Of a stretch of DNA of 64,000 nt, positions 46,560 through 64,000 are shown one piece after another. Made by a program: the position numbers and the translations under genes. Within the stretch, counting starts at the first letter, position 1, and every line of letters begins with the position of its first letter. The notes under the pieces are model-generated. The model had not been told where the DNA came from. It did not search any database and saw only the letters and a list, made by a program, of their open reading frames with translations. The stretch lies in NCBI GenBank assembly GCA_002269645.1, contig NIVC01000070.1:868001-932000 (forward strand). Direction: 5' to 3'. The stretch is from Macrostomum lignano. Lineage: Eukaryota.

Positions 46560-46790
46560 GAGAAATCTGCGGCAACTTGGACGACATTGGGGATCTGAGC
46601 AAGAGAACATAGTCGCCGAATACTCTCAAGAGAAACAAGTGGGCCGTTGGAGTGTTCAACTGTTGGCTTCAGGAGTCGAAAATCGAGTGCAATGTGCCGA
46701 TCGAAGAAGACATAAACGACTCTGATTTAAATTCCCTGCTGCCAGTACTCGTATTTGTTCACGAAGTCACTCAGATTCTATTCTGCTGCT
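46560..46790 (+). mobile_element. Possible Crypton/DUF3504-associated recombinase N-terminal relic
   Basis: + frame reads LDDIGDLSKRT*SPNTLKRNKWAVGVFNCWLQE..DINDSDLNSLL..FVHEV, like the NTxKxTxWAVxxFxxW..ELNxLLxxFxxE motif; internal stop, and no catalytic domain follows. Confidence 0.42.
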
Positions 46791-47740
46791 CAATGTGCCC
46801 GATAACTCTTGCAAACTGTTTTCAGATATCCCTCATTTGACTCTATATATTCATAACCTCCCGGAAAATGGACTTTAGAGTGGTTTAAATTAAGTTTAGT
46901 GCCACAAGTTACACAGTGCCAGAAGTTCATAGTTCCTATTTCGTACTATTGACTGACCAGCCCCTGGGCTTCGTTGGTCACAGTAATTTCCTATTGGCAG
47001 CAGCTATTGAAGTATCATATCTGGTTTCCAACCAAAGCAAACAAACTGCCTCGTAGGATTCGGCTTTGGCATGCAATCGGCCAGTCAGCCAGACAGTTAA
47101 TCGCTGTTGATAAGTCGGATAGTTAGGACTTGTGGACGATATGCTAAGATTGGGGATTTGCGGCTGTCATTTATTGATTATCAGCTGCTGGCACTGCGGC
47201 CGATACGAGCGTTGAGAGAATGCAAAGAGCGCGTGCTCTCCACTGACTCGAGCGGCTTTCAAACCCCGTCTGGATATCGGATTTTAAATGCTTCCGACAG
47301 GAATGTGTGCGCGTCTAGCGTATGTGAATTTTTTAATGGAATGGCAATTGCAATCTTTTATTGCATTTATATGACATGGAGATGAAATGACAAGTGCAGT
47401 GTTAATAGGACGTGCTTCAGTTCATTTTATTTGAAGTACAGATATAAATATTCACCGAAATAGAATACAGTCTCAGTGCACGCGTCCGAATAGGAATACG
47501 GTTGCTAATCTGAACCATTTTACGCTTCCACTTTCCACCTTGAGAACTGGAACCACCAGGCTGTGCCACAGACATGTAAAGTCCAAAAGAAAGTCAATTG
47601 GGCGTTTGTCAGCCATTCAATATTTTCCTTCATCCATGGTTAAAATTTGTTATTTGTTTTTACAAGTATACGAGTTAGACGAATGTGTTTTATAGGTCAA
47701 ACGTTAATATCCGACGAAGTTGCATGCCAGAGAGCGCTGA

Positions 47741-50575
47741 TTATCGTCTTCTTAGACGATGATTCCGACCGAACAGGATCTTGCTGAACGCGTGACGGAA
47801 ATCCGGCGAGAACACCGTGTAGATGATCGGGTTGAGTAGGCTGTTGGCGTACCCGAGCCACTGGATGACCGCGTGACCAGTTTCCGAGAGAAACGAATCG
47901 CAAACTGCGTGGTTGAAGGGACAAAACGAAGCGTGGACAAAGAATGGTAGCCAGCAGATCAGAAAGCAACCGGTCACCACCGCCAGAGTTCTGGCGGCTC
48001 TCCTCTCTCGAGCTTGAGCCACTCTCGATCGGCGTCGATAATCTCGATTTTCATCCACAACTGGCCGATTTCCTGTCGTTGGGACCGGTTGAGCTGAACC
48101 GGTTGAGGCATCAGGTGAGTCTATAGAGGTCTCTGTCTGTCTTTTGAATAGTTTCAGTCGCTGTGCTGATTTAGGGAAGCTATTGAGTCGAGCATTTTCA
48201 CCCGAGCGAAAAGACGACAATATCCCAACGCTGCCGCCACTTCCAGCACTGACTCCGCTGCAGCTGGGCGTCGATAAGCCGATCGCGTTAATTGAAACTT
48301 GCTTAAAGCCTTTTTTACGAATTCGGCGCTTAACAGCTTTATAAATAGCTAAATAAATGGCTAGAATGAACAGCATTGGCAGGTAAAAAGCTCCGATAGT
48401 GGAGAACGCCGTGTAGCCCGGCTCCTCATTTATCGAGCAATTGTCTACGCTAATAGACCGGCTGTCACGGGATGGATAAAACCTGGCCGGAACGCTGATG
48501 ACGGCACTGATGAGCCAGGTAAGAGCGATCACTAGGCAGATTCTGCTAGCCGATTGAGAGCGAACGTACTTCACGTTGGTGACAGCCCAGTACCGGTCGA
48601 ATGCGATGCCTACTAGATGTAAAATAGAAGCTGTGCAGCACAGGACATCCAGGCAAATCCATAAATCACACAGGTGAACACCTACAAGGAAAAGTGAGTT
48701 CGTGTGACAGAGTATCATGTGGCGTCTGCAATCAGAAAATAATGGCTTGCTCTTTTCTTTCCAAACGCGCTTATCATTCTGTAGTGACGATTATTCTGGA
48801 TGGCGGACCGACCAGATAGCAGCTAGTGAGCTTTATTGCTCAAACGAGGGAAACTTCTGCACGGACCAATCTTTGCAAAAGCAAATTATATATGAAAAAT
48901 ACGCTCGTAATAATGCATTTTAGACCAGTTTTTTGGCAAGAGGATCTGAACTCAATGGCTTCTTCTACTTGACGGATGGCTCCTGGAATATTTTTCCTAT
49001 CAGTCGGTCAATTTTGATGAACTTCCGCCAGCTGCTCACAAATTCTCTCTGTGTAGACTGCCGATAGGAATGCTGAGTCCTAAGTGCAATTAGCGTCTCG
49101 AATCTCCAGGTGCCAGAGAGCAGCTCTTTCCGGCTCGGATAATGACGAGTTCGAATAGCGCACCTGGCCCCACTATAAGAACCGGAAACTCTTTTTCCAG
49201 GCACCTTAAGTATTCGAACTCAGGTCGCACTGTCTAGTGCAGAGAAACAATTTGCTAAGAAATAAATTGGAAATGCGTCACTCCATAATTTTTGTCTAAT
49301 CAGCTTTGACTGATACGAGTATAGGTAGGTGACAGAGACAGGGATATGTATTGCAAAAAAGCATTTACCGAGCCACCAAGACTTCGACATGTGCTTGAGC
49401 GCGCAGACAGGCATCACCAGTATGGCCACCATGAGATCGGCAATGGCGAGGCTGATCAGCAAGTAGTTCGACACGCTCTGAGAGGGTTTTTAGAACAAAT
49501 CGTGAAAGTTTAAATAGAAAATTTATTGCTATATCAATTCATAAATTTACGCTCGTACTAACAAAATTTAACTGTCTACTGTCGAAAAGCTGCCAACAAA
49601 TTGATTAAAATTAGCCTTTGAGATTTATGTTTTAATTCAAATCCAGCACTACTAATTGTAGCCTTTTTCGAAGAGACGTACAGGATGTTTCATCCTGCTT
49701 TCGAAGAGACTTACAGGATGTTCCATTCTGCTTTCGAAGAGACGTACAGGATGTTTCATCCTGCTTTCGAAGAGACGTACAGATGTTTCATCCTGCTTTC
49801 GAAGAGACGTACAGGATGTTCCATTCTGGTTTCGAAGAGACGTACAGGATGTTCCATCCTGCTTTCGAAGAGACGTACAGGATGTTCCATCCTGCTTTCG
49901 AAGAGACGTACAGGATGTTCCATCCTGCTCTCGAAGAGACGTACAGGATGTTCCATCCTGCTCTCGAAGAGACGTACAGGATGTTCCATCCTGCTTTCGA
50001 AGAGACGTACAGGATGTTTCATCCTGCTTTCGTAGAGACGTACAGGATGTTCATCCTGCTCTCGAAGAGACGTACAGGATGTTTCATCCTGCTTTCGAAT
50101 AGAAGTACAGGATGTTCCATCCTGCTTTCGAAGAGAAGTACAGGATATTCCATCCTGCTTTCGAAGAGACGTACAGGATGTTCCATCCAATACTCCTACA
50201 GACGTCAAGTTGTTTTGGTTGTACTTTTACAGAGGTAAGAGCGGTCTAGGGTGTACCAATTTTCAATAACCTACGCAGTAGTAGCCTCAAGCGCAAGTTC
50301 ATAAGTACACTGAGTACCTGTTGTTGAACATTCATAGATTTCCACGCTGCAAATTTTAGTGCCAATACATATGCGTAAGAAAAGTCGCACAAAGTCCATC
50401 AACTCACCTGCAAGTTGCGTTCTAGAACAATAGCAGCAATAACAAACACATTTCCCACAATGGTGGCTAGAATTATGATTCCAAGTGCCAAAGCGATTGC
50501 GGTAGCCTCTGGCGGTTCGTAGCGCCATTGGAACTGGGCGATACTCGGTGCAGAACTGAGATTGGCGGCTTCCAT
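47741..50575 (-). CDS. Serotonin 5-HT1-like class A GPCR, about 405 aa
   Basis: Exons 50575-50408 (..ATIVGNVFVIAAIVLERNLQ), 49477-49369 (SNYLLISLAIADLMVAILVMP), 48681-47741 (WICLDVLCCTASILHL with D3.32, DRYW, STIGAFYLP, RERRAARTL, CWLPFF, WLGYANSLLNPIIYT). Phases 0 and 1 compatible. Confidence 0.93.
49670..50190. repeat. 33-bp minisatellite (TTCGAAGAGACGTACAGGATGTTCCATCCTGCT)n in GPCR intron 1
   Basis: About 15 units, each containing CAGGATG-ttc-CATCCTG. Confidence 0.95.
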
Positions 50576-51370
50576 TGCTCAATTATCTAAGACTCACTTT
50601 TTGCTCTCCCTCGGCAAGATAAAATTGGGACTCATTTCTACATGAGCCTATTTATCAACATCGCAAGTCTCTGATGGACTGCGAGAGTCTTCAATGACTC
50701 TCATTGGACGCTGAAATCGCAGTTACATGTAATCCCTGCTCAGCAGCAGTAGTACTACGCAGTAGTACTTTAAGCAATAATCGATCCATTTTAATGGGAA
50801 ACGTGTGTCCATCAGTTCATGCATATTCACGATCAGGGTTGCTCCGCAGGTTCATTATTCGGTTCATCAATTATGCAGAATGCGCTCAGAAGAGAATACA
50901 TTATTTCGAACTCGTGGATCCGTGTTTGATGGTTCGAATTTAGCTTCAAATTGCATCAGTGAGATAAAAATATCGTCTATTAATTTTCTATTTTTTAAAT
51001 TCATTTAAACTTGATTCTCGCTTGACTGGAAGCAGATTAAAATTTGCTAATTCAATTTTTCAGCATGGACAGCTGATTTACAATCAGATTACAATATGCA
51101 TTCGCGGGATCCATGTAGGAAGCTTCCAGTTTTTGAGAAGTAATTTTCACAATGTCTGCCACGAATGGACTTCCCAATTCCAATTGAAGCAAAACTGTGT
51201 TTATCAAGCCATTTTTTGTTTCATGAAATGCTATCGAAGACCGGAAAGCAAGCAAAGTTCTCACCTGTTTCACCTGTTCTTGTCTCTTCTGTGCAGGGGT
51301 CGACAAATGTTTTTTACCTTAGAGGCCAGATAGAGACCCTAAAGCACGGCTGCCAGAGGGGAGGAGTGGG

Positions 51371-51460
51371 GGAGAGGAGAGGAGAGGAGAGGAGAGGAGA
51401 GGAGAGGAGAGGAGAGGAGAGGAGAGGAGAGGAGAGGAGAGGAGAGGAGAGGAGAGGAGA
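51371..51460. repeat. (GGAGA)18 microsatellite
   Basis: Perfect pentamer run. Confidence 0.97.
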
Positions 51461-52318
51461 GTGCTGAGAAGAGACACAAATCTTGAGATTGACATTGTGA
51501 ACTTGTAAAGTTTCAGAGGATCTGATGGCCGGTTACAGAGGCTTATCAGGCCGCATGTAGCCAGCGAACCGAAGTTTTTCGACCCCTGCTTAGAGTGCAT
51601 TCGAATTAGTCTTTGGCGAAACCCGATTTAGCCTTATTTTTTTAAGACAGAATTTTGCATGTTTACAGAATCGCAAAAAAGAACGATTTTATACTTTATT
51701 TTATAATAATATTTTCGTCCCAACTACTACACGAATTGCGAACGTAGTTGTAATCAATTGAAAATAAATTGGAATTACGAGCTATAATTTCAGTCTCGAT
51801 GTCTAAAATTTGAAACAGTTCCATAAAGAAAAATTCAGCGCATGAACCTAAATGCGAAAATATTTTCAGACTAGAATTTAATCAAATAAAGGCGTACATT
51901 TGACTGCCCCAGTTGACAGTTCATCGGTATAACAAAACAGCCGATAATAGAAGGCGAGAATGAGAGGCTGCTTGTAAAATATGGCTGCCTATTATTGTAG
52001 GTGGACGGTCGTATGAGCTGAAAAAAGGACGAGAATATTCTACTGTTCTCAAGCCTGTGAGTCTGTTTCTCATCTTCAATTGAGTACACCCCCAGGTATC
52101 TAGCCATTGTCTTTAGTCTGGTAAACCCATTCCTATGCTAGCATCCACATTCTACACTGGAAATAAGAATGAGACGGCTCGCCTTCACATCCATGTTTTG
52201 CTTTTTCCGCTTTGCTGTGTTTAGAAAACGGCATAATTTGCACTCCACTCTGTTTGTATCCACACTCAAATAAGTATTGCTTTGTCTAGGATATTACTGG
52301 AGTGGAGACAGCCTGATC

Positions 52319-56577
<4,259 letters not shown>

Positions 56578-59419
56578 ATGAAGCCTAAAGACAAGGGAAC
56601 ACTATAGGGATGGAAACGTTTTTTAAACTTGTATAGTTATTCAAATCCGGTTAGTCAGATTCACGCCAAGACCCCTGCATGGTCCGATTCCGTGCCCGGG
56701 CTGCATTCATTTGGGGCTTGTGTGCTCAGGAGTCAGCGGAAAGGGCAGGATTACCTTTCAGTGCTGGTTGTTGGACGCGATGTCGTCGAAGACATTGCGT
56801 CAGGTTGCGTCACAGCCCTCCTGCAGCTATAAATATTTTTGCTTTTGCTATTTGAGGTCAGATGCACGACGGTGTTACAGGGCGTCTATGACGTATTGCA
56901 GTACATACTGAGAATCGTCTTTCAATTAGTATATAAAGAAGGGTGCTTGTCAATCAGAAGTCGACAGTTTTAAGCTCAAATTTTTCCTTTATTTTGCCAA
57001 ATGTCTTCAAGATTCTTATGCTTTAACTGCCAGTTTATCGGTCCTTAGTAAATCGTTAACCGTGATTACATAACATAGTACGTATAGAAAGCATACTTTA
57101 TATACATTATAATTAACCTTTTCCATTACAACTTCGAATTTCAGCGACGAAGCGGTATCCGAAGAGAGCAGCAAGTCGTCAAAGCAAGCGAAGTAAAGTT
57201 CAGACGACCGAATGTTTGATAACTATATTCATTGCTTTCCGAAAATTTTTTATGTATACATGTACGTGTGAACCTATAAAAGCCAGTACACATGTGAATA
57301 ACATGCAATTTAATCTACTTTTCGTCATACATTTCTTTATTTGTTGTAACTAATCGTAAATTTAAGTAGTACGAGTACATCATATAATTTTACCTATGTA
57401 AAAAGGTTCAATTAAAACACATTTTTAGTGTAAGCACAGATACTATAGTTATTATAGTATCTGTGAGTGTAAGTTCTTAAAGCCGATCACGGTTGTCTGA
57501 GTAGAGATTCCTTTCTTGAGCGCCGAAAAAATTCCTAACTTCTCAAATTCATTATTGTAAAATGCATGCATGACCCTGAATACAGTATCTGCATTGATCC
57601 ACTTCTTAGACTAGTAGAATTCCTCTTCCATATCCATCACAAATATTATCTGTGGTTTAAGATAGCTAGAAGAGTAGAAGATGAAAGATTGGTTTTTTAG
57701 TTCTTTAGATAACGATTTTAGCGTAGCGCACCGTCGACTCTCGTCATATGCACCCGGCCGAGCCAGAGCAGCTAGTACATTTACCTAATTTTGTCATTTT
57801 TAAAGGGAGCTGGACCCTACGCAAAAAACGACTTCATTTCAAGGGTTGCAGAGAGTTCCAAACGAGCGTATTTTTCAATTAAATCAATGGTAATGAATGC
57901 ATAAATCATTTCTCTAATGACCAGCCAGTGGGATAAAAAATTCGCAGGCCATGATCTAGCTCCCTCCAAGCCGCGAGTTTTTCTACGGCGCTATCTGTTT
58001 TCCTCAGCCTCAGCAACTTTATATACTGTACCTGCAGTCTGCATGGTAGAGATGAAAAGCGTGCCTGCCTATTTTTTAGTATAACTGATGTAAGCGCGCA
58101 CACATGCAAATGCGAAATTCGTGGCAGAACACAAGCGAGCAGACAATTTTGATGGCAGAGCTACAAGTGCGCAGACAATTTTGATGGCAAAAACAAAAGC
58201 GCGCAGAAAATTTTGATTGCAGAGACAGAAGTGTGGAGACGTTGTATTGTTATAAAGCACTTACAAACTTTTTATTTTCGTTTTTAAAATGCAAATTTTC
58301 CGTGAAAACTTTTCCAATAATTAGGCGGCAGACGGAATTCCTCTCTTTGAGAAATTGAGCGCAGAGGTCTTTGGCGGGTAAAAGTTAAAAATGCGTTTTT
58401 TACTATTCCAGTGTTTTATATTTACAACTTATTTCTAATTTTTTATATTTCAAATATGATTAGATTTGACTTTAAAAGATTTTAAAGGCGAGTGAGTTCA
58501 TTGCAAGCAACTTGCAATTGCAAGTGACATGTGTGTTTTCTGGGCAGCTAGGCCATATACTGCTATAGGCCGCGAACAAAGTGTATTACGGGTGGTGCGA
58601 TGACATTGAAATTCAGGAGTTGTGTCGTGCGGCTAGTTAATTTAAACCCTCAACTTGTCTTTTTTATTGGTGTGGCTTACCTGCTGAATGTTTTTTAAAG
58701 TTTAATTCTCGTAAGGGGGGCGGTGGTCTACTTAAACTTCTTATAACTTTTGACTATCTAATGTCAAATTATAGTTTATTGTACAAGGTTTTCTCCCCTG
58801 CTTGTTAATGTTATTTTATGCTAATACTTGTTCTCCATTTGTTCTGCTGTTTCTGTCTTTGTTGGCAATAAATTGGATTTATGTTCTAAATTATTTTCTT
58901 AATATTTCTGGCATTTTTAAATAGACAATTCAGCAACCTGCTTCATTTTCCTACTTTGGACTATTACCCCATGTGACTTGTTGACTTATTATTATCTACC
59001 ATGTTGTATACTACTATTAATTTGTCAAACCCGAGAATTTAAGTTAGGCCCCTAAAGATAGAAATAGATGCTAATTTTTAAAATGAGCTTTATTGTACAA
59101 GTATTTAATGGCTAGATGCCTACACCTAATAAAATGGGAGGGGCCAAACTAGGGGGTATAATTTAGTGGTCAGAATATCAGACTTACAACTGAAAAAAGA
59201 CTGGAAATTAAAGTCTATTTGGAAAAATTTGTCTTTAAACCAGACAATTAACTTTGTATTACATTAGCTAGAAATCTATGATAATTGAAGATGTGTATTG
59301 CAACCACCAATCCTTGGACTAAATAGCTATGTATAGCCTTCAGATGTATTGCATAAGCACAATGGTAGAGTGCCTATAGCTAATAGCTGTGGCTAAGTTT
59401 TTGGTTGCATATTAGGGCA

Positions 59420-59434
59420 TTTATTATTTATTAC

Positions 59435-59475
<41 letters not shown>
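59420..59475. repeat. (TTA)n microsatellite
   Basis: Trinucleotide run. Confidence 0.93.
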
Positions 59476-59478
<3 letters not shown>

Positions 59479-61276
59479 ACTATTATTAATATTAATACCT
59501 AGTCCTAGGCCTAATGCTTTTAAATAGCCTAAAATGTTTTGGGATGTTTTAAATTTATTTTAAACCCTAAACTAATAAGTTAATTGATTTAAGCCTATCT
59601 GAATCTAGTAAATGAAACTATGTATTTGTAAAGAGTATGGTTGTAATGTTGTATTTTTCTATGAATATGCATTTTACCATTATAATTTAGAGCATTCTGG
59701 GGTATATTTTTTGAAACAGATTGATAAAAAATAATTTGTTCTTAGGCCTCTATATACACAGCTAGGCCTATAGGAATTTTAACTTTTTATAAGTAATATG
59801 TTTTTTATTATAATAGTATAATCTAAGAAAGTGTTGCTAAATTTGCTAGAAAAAAACTTTTAGATGTTCTTTATTAGGCCCTTTATGCCAAGATGAAAAA
59901 GGAGGGAAAGAAAATTGAAAATAAGAGAAAAAAGAAGACAGATAAGACAAAACATGGGGTGAGAGAGGACATAAAAGATAAGAAAGTTGGCAAAAATCAA
60001 AGGTAATTTTTATCTGAAAGCAAACATGTATTGTTTACAACCTATTTTTGATTTTAGTATGCATAATACTAATTTAATTTGATTTTATTCATTTTCTACT
60101 TTTGAATTGCTGTTACAACCTACTTAAAAAATTCAAACAAATTAAGTAAAAAATAGACAAATTTTAGCTATTTCAGTTTTTATACCCTTGCATAACTATT
60201 AAAGTCAATGCATAAATTCATATTGAGATATTTTATTGATACCTATGAACTCTCTTAATAACACTTCATGCTATCTTTTTGCCAAAACTAATCAGGGAAT
60301 ATCTCGAAAAATGTCTTCTGCCCTAAAACCAAACTTTGGCTTGGATAGAAAAACAAGCAGCACATCTCCATATCAGTTTTCTGACTTGGCCTCCCTGAAT
60401 TCTGTGCATAGCAATGCTACAATTCGCTGGGAAGATTATTTTGATGAGCCAACTGGAACAGCCATTGCACCACCCACCTCACTAAGCTACAGATTGTTAT
60501 CTGATTTTGGCATCAGCCCTGCTATTATTCAACCAATGAAAGTGGAGCTGTTCTACTGCTGTAGCAGTTGTGATTTTGGCTGTCAGCTATGCTTGAACAC
60601 TACTAAAAGTAGTGCCAGTCTAGAGCTAACTTCAACAAGAACTGCGACACAAACCTGTTCAGTACATTTAAAGAGGCCAGCTGTGATCATTCAACATGGA
60701 CAGCCCAGGAAGAGCCAACTTGGATAAACTGCCAAGGATATGTATAACCTGCATATTTTACATAGAATTGCCTCATACTAAATTTGTAATCAGAGAAACA
60801 GTTTTTTAAATGATGATTTTTATCAAGCATATAAGCTGCTATATTACAGACTATTGTGTTAACAAAACTCTGTGATAAAAAGATTTTTACTATTGGTTAG
60901 TATTAATACTGACAATATGCCTCTTCCAGTCTGATCATTGTAAAGCAACAACATTTTAAACTGTGAATTTTTAAATAAAACAAAACAATAATGCATAAAT
61001 TGATCTGAAATGCCTTTTCTATCCATTACTACCGGGCAGTTGTAACATTGTCTGCTAATTTGTACACAACAAAAATTTCTATTTACATTTATTGGTGTTG
61101 ATAAAGCTTCAAAATAAATACCAGCTCTAAACAATTTTGGCTACTTTTATTGTTATAATTGTGAAAATGTTTTTTTAAATCAAGCTTAAAACCTTTATCT
61201 CTTCTTTTAAAAGTACGAGTAGTAGCTAGGATTATAAAGTATTGTGTGGACTCAGGATATGAATATTGTATTCAAA

Positions 61277-62445
61277 GAGAGGCAGGGTCAAGCACTGAGG
61301 GAGTGGAAAGGCAGAGTCAAGCACTGAGGGGGGAGTGGAGAGGCAGAGTCAAGCACTAAGGGGGGAGTGGAGAGGCAGAGTCAAGCACTGAGGGGGGAGT
61401 GGAGAGGCAGAGTCAAGCACTGAGGGGGGAGTGGAGAGGCAGAGTCAAGCACTGAGAGTTGAGTCGAGAGGCAGAGTCAAGCACTGAGAGTTGAGTCGAG
61501 AGGCAGAGTCAAGCACTGAGGGAGTGGAGAGGCAGAGTCAAGCACTGAGGGAGTGGAGAGGCAGAGTCAAGCACTGAGAGTTGAGTCGAGAGGCAGAGTC
61601 AAGCACTGAGGGAGTGGAGAGGCAGAGTCAAGCACTGAGGGGGGAGTGGAGAGGCAGAGTCAAGCACTGAGAGTTGAGTCGAGAGGCAGAGTCAAGCACT
61701 GAGGGAGTGGAGAGGCAGAGTCAAGCACTGAGGGGGGAGTGGAGAGGCAGAGTCAAGCACTGAGGGGGGAGTGGAGAGGCAGAGTCAAGCACTGAGGGAG
61801 TGGAGAGGCAGAGTCAAGCACTGAGGGAGTGGAGAGGCAGAGTCAAGCACTGAGGGAGTGGAGAGGCAGAGTCAAGCACTGAGGGAGTGGAGAGGCAGAG
61901 TCAAGCACTGAGGGAGTGGAGAGGCAGAGTCAAGCACTGAGGGAGTGGAGAGGCAGAGTCAAGCACTGAGGGGGGAGTGGAGAGGCAGAGTCAAGCACTG
62001 AGGGGGGAGTGGAGAGGCAGAGTCAAGCACTGAGGGAGTGGAGAGGCAGAGTCAAGCACTGAGGGAGTGGAGAGGCAGAGTCAAGCACTGAGGGGGGAGT
62101 GGAGAGGCAGAGTCAAGCACTGAGGGAGTGGAGAGGCAGAGTCAAGCACTGAGGGAGTGGAGAGGCAGAGTCAAGCACTGAGGGAGTGGAGAGGCAGAGT
62201 CAAGCACTGAGGGAGTGGAGAGGCAGAGTCAAGCACTGAGGGAGTGGAGAGGCAGAGTCAAGCACTGAGGGGGGAGTGGAGAGGCAGAGTCAAGCACTGA
62301 GGGAGTGGAGAGGCAGAGTCAAGCACTGAGGGGGGAGTGGAGAGGCAGAGTCAAGCACTGAGGGAGTGGAGAGGCAGAGTCAAGCACTGAGGGAGTGGAG
62401 ACGCAGAGTCAAGCACTGAGGGAGTGGAGACGCAGAGTCAAGCAC
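61277..62445. repeat. 29/32-bp minisatellite (GGAGAGGCAGAGTCAAGCACTGAGGGAGT)n
   Basis: About 38 units with G-run length variants and a GAGAGTTGAGTC variant. Confidence 0.97.
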
Positions 62446-62833
62446 CCAGGAAAGTGGATTTCTATTTCCAGATACAATTGCTCAAGTTTCTAAGAAGGAA
62501 TTCGTGTCATATTTGTGTCTAACGCTCCTAATTATCTTGTCTGTCACTCTATATCTTTCATATTTCTCTTGATAGAATCTGTCAAGAATTTGGTTGCATT
62601 TCTGGTACGTCTCATCGGATCCGAAGGATATGGATTTGTCTTAAGTCGCACGCCAGTTAATCTGGTTAGAATGGCATGGATACACATTCGCACGGTTGCA
62701 TACTTCGGCAAAACTACTTTAATGCAACCGAAGCAAGAGCGATTCAGGCGTAAAGGGGTGCGACTAACTCATTCCACTGTAGAATGGTCTTATCGTTTTT
62801 GTTAGAATAAATTGTCAAGTTCATTGTTTTCTT

Positions 62834-63505
62834 GCTATCTCCATATCAGCGTGTGCTACCCTCCATATTAGTGTGTGTGCTACCCTCCATATCAGTGTGT
62901 GTGCTACCCTCCATATCAGTGTGCTATCCTCAATATCAGTTTGTGCTACCCTCCATATCAGTATGCTATCCTCAATATCAGTTTGTGCTACCCTCCATAT
63001 CAATGTGTGTGCTACCCTCCATATCAGTGTGTGTGCTACCCTCCATATCAGTGTGTGTGCTACCCTCCATATCAGTGTGTGTGCTACCCTCCATATCAGT
63101 GTGTGTGCTACCCTCCATATCAGTGTGTGCTACCCTCCATATCAGTGTGTGTGCTATACCCTCCGTGTCAGTGTGTGCTACCCTCCATATCAGTGTGTGC
63201 TACCCTCCATTTTAGTGTGTGCTACCCTCCATATCAGTGTGTGCTACCCTCCATTTTAGTGTGTGCTACCCTCCATATCAGTGTGTGTGCTACCCTCCAT
63301 ATCAGTGTGTGTGCTACCCTCCATATCAGTGTGTGCTACCCTCCATATCAGTGTGTGCTACCCTCCATATCAGTATGTGTGCTACCCTCCATATCAGTGT
63401 GTGTGCTATACCCTCCATATCAGTGTGTGTGCTATACCCTCCATATCAGTGTGTGCTACCCTCCATATCAGTGTGTGTGCTACCCTCCATATCAGTGTGT
63501 GTGCT
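62834..63505. repeat. 22-26-bp minisatellite (GCTACCCTCCATATCAGTGTGTGT)n
   Basis: About 27 units with variable TG copy number. Confidence 0.96.
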
Positions 63506-64000
63506 GCGAACCATATATCAGAAAAGCTTTGAGCTTTCACGTTAAGCATCTGAATTTGTCAAGGTGTGTAGCGTAGCAAAAAATATCCCAAAAAATTCAC
63601 GCGCTTGTCGGGTGTCTGGTAAAAATGACAAATTCTCCCTCTGAATATTTCAATCAAACGCTGCAATTTTTGTATTATGGTGCAGTCTTCATTTATTATT
63701 AATAGTTTATATTTCATCATGTTTCCTATTGATGGGCGACATATCATGTTGAGCTGCATGCAATAGCATCACGGAAACCGGAGTAGGATGCTACATTCCT
63801 ACAATTTACCTTTCTTAGAAATGATTGATTCATAATATTTTGATGCTGCACCTACCGATTAAAAACTGTCAGCTCATTAAATTTTATAAAGTGAGATCTG
63901 ACGGCACGCCAGCTTCGTGCCATTCTTTGGCCAAACTGATCTGCGGTAAACTTTAAGCTGACCTGACTGCTTGATTGAGACTGATAGATGAATATGAAAT

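Noticed and set aside
51052-51306. 84-aa minus-strand ORF between the GPCR and the iGluR
   Set aside because: No recognisable motif or splice partner.

Overview
Eukaryotic (invertebrate animal) genomic DNA, not prokaryotic: spliced GT-AG genes with GC-rich coding exons separated by minisatellite-filled introns and spacers. The overall style resembles the flatworm Macrostomum (inference only). Gene models reconstructed by hand from splice sites and reading frame: a secreted multi-kringle protein (5' part, -), G6PD (+, 3 exons), intronless TECR (+), UBR7 (+, 2 exons, with an 18-heptad insert), two tandem astacin metalloproteases (-, 7 exons each), a PLBD1-like phospholipase B (-, 2 exons), a GT32-like glycosyltransferase lacking its DXD motif (+), an orphan single-pass membrane protein (+), a 5-HT1-like GPCR (-, 3 exons) and a highly divergent ionotropic glutamate receptor (+, at least 8 exons). 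Mobile DNA: a decayed P-element/THAP9-type transposase, two tRNA-derived SINE families, a complete hAT-type MITE with an 8-bp TSD, and weak RTE-LINE and Crypton relics. Most interesting: (1) a candidate trans-spliced operon G6PD-TECR-UBR7 whose spacers are filled with minisatellites that stop just before splice acceptors; (2) an iGluR with a rewritten gate motif (SYVANYAVF) and altered ligand residues; (3) sharply bounded, nearly CpG-free blocks; (4) a DXD-less GT32; (5) a gene-conversion tract between the astacin paralogs. All coordinates were read by eye; no database searches were run.
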